Below are positions 63,301 through 64,000 of a DNA stretch of 64,000 nucleotides, in pieces. The DNA lies in NCBI RefSeq assembly GCF_001677475.2, contig NZ_CP015229.1. The stretch is one strand, 5' to 3'. The notes under the pieces are model-generated. The model saw nothing but the letters and a program-made list of their open reading frames with translations. It was not told the origin of the DNA and did not search any database. The position numbers and the translations under genes were made by a program. Each line of letters opens with the position of its first letter. Position 1 is the stretch's first letter. The DNA comes from Escherichia coli (GTDB lineage: Bacteria; Pseudomonadota; Gammaproteobacteria; Enterobacterales; Enterobacteriaceae).

Positions 63301-64000
63301 TGGGATCCGTGATTCTTACCGTTGACGGCAAACTGTGGGAAGGCTGGACGGAAATGTCTGTCAGTCGTTCCCTGAAGGCGATTGCCGGTGAGTTTGAGCT
63401 CAGTGTAACAACCCGCTGGTCATCGGCGGCACCGCGCGTGATTCGTGAGGGGCAACCCTGCACGGTCAGGCTGGGTGCAGATACCGTGCTGACGGGGTAT
63501 ATCGATGATTTTATCCCCAGCTATGACGCAAACAGCGTGGAGATTCGCGTCATGGGGCGCGATAAAACCGGCGACCTGGTGGACTGCTCTGTGGTGCATT
63601 CGTCCGGGAAATGGAAAGGCGTGCGGCTTGAACAGGTGGCGGCTGATGTCTGCCGCCCGTTCGGGATAACCGTCATCACGGAAAACCCGACCGGGGAGGC
63701 GTTTGCGTCCGTTGTTCTGGAACAGGGTGAAACGGGTTTTGAACTGCTCGACCGGCTGGCAAAACAGCGCGGCGTTCTGCTGACGTCTGACGGGGCGGGT
63801 AATCTGATTATCACCCGCGCCTCTTCCGTTCGCGCGGGCGTGTCACTGGTGCTGGGAAAAAATATCCTCGCCGCCCGTGGGCGCTTCAGCTGGCGGGAGC
63901 GTAACAGTCAGTACATCATCAAGGGCACCACCAGTGCCGGTGGCAGAGTGTGGGACAGCCAGCCTGCCCCGATGGTGGGCGGTCGCCAGTACATCATCGA
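63300..64000 (+). CDS. baseplate hub protein (Mu gp44 / P2 gpD-like), partial, continues beyond window
   Basis: ATG overlapping the previous stop; frame open to the window end. Confidence 0.55.
   Translation, partial: MGSVILTVDGKLWEGWTEMSVSRSLKAIAGEFELSVTTRWSSAAPRVIREGQPCTVRLGADTVLTGYIDDFIPSYDANSVEIRVMGRDKTGDLVDCSVVHSSGKWKGVRLEQVAADVCRPFGITVITENPTGEAFASVVLEQGETGFELLDRLAKQRGVLLTSDGAGNLIITRASSVRAGVSLVLGKNILAARGRFSWRERNSQYIIKGTTSAGGRVWDSQPAPMVGGRQYII

Overview
The window joins two mobile genomes. Positions 1 to about 37,200 are a phage P1-like (phage-plasmid type) segment in P1 gene order: a giant DarB-like methyltransferase-helicase (5' part, minus strand), portal and head protease-like genes, a SAR endolysin, ssb, a three-gene accessory module, the lydA/lydB-hdf-darA-ddrA-ddrB antirestriction operon, the Cin invertase with an invertible tail-fibre segment, and the baseplate/Sit tail block. 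The ddrB-like gene is split by an IS21-family element (istA/istB) with inverted repeats and a 6-bp duplication. From about 37,200 to the window end is the left two thirds of a Mu-like transposable prophage: repressor, Ner, MuA transposase, MuB, Gam, GemA, Mor/C, lysis genes, terminase, portal, head and tail genes. Its head protease/scaffold (I) and major head (T) genes are each broken by 1-bp frameshifts. The most likely place for undescribed biology is the accessory module between ssb and the dar operon (10,084-12,613): a DUF2829/Tad2-like fusion protein plus two unknown proteins, one with a terminase-ATPase-like region and a non-canonical P-loop. The ssb gene next to it has its conserved C-terminal tip replaced by a basic extension. 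No rRNA, tRNA or CRISPR array was seen. Product calls rest on motifs read from the translations and on synteny recalled from P1 and Mu; no database search was run. Coordinates of non-CDS features and trimmed starts are hand-counted and may be off by 1-2 bp.
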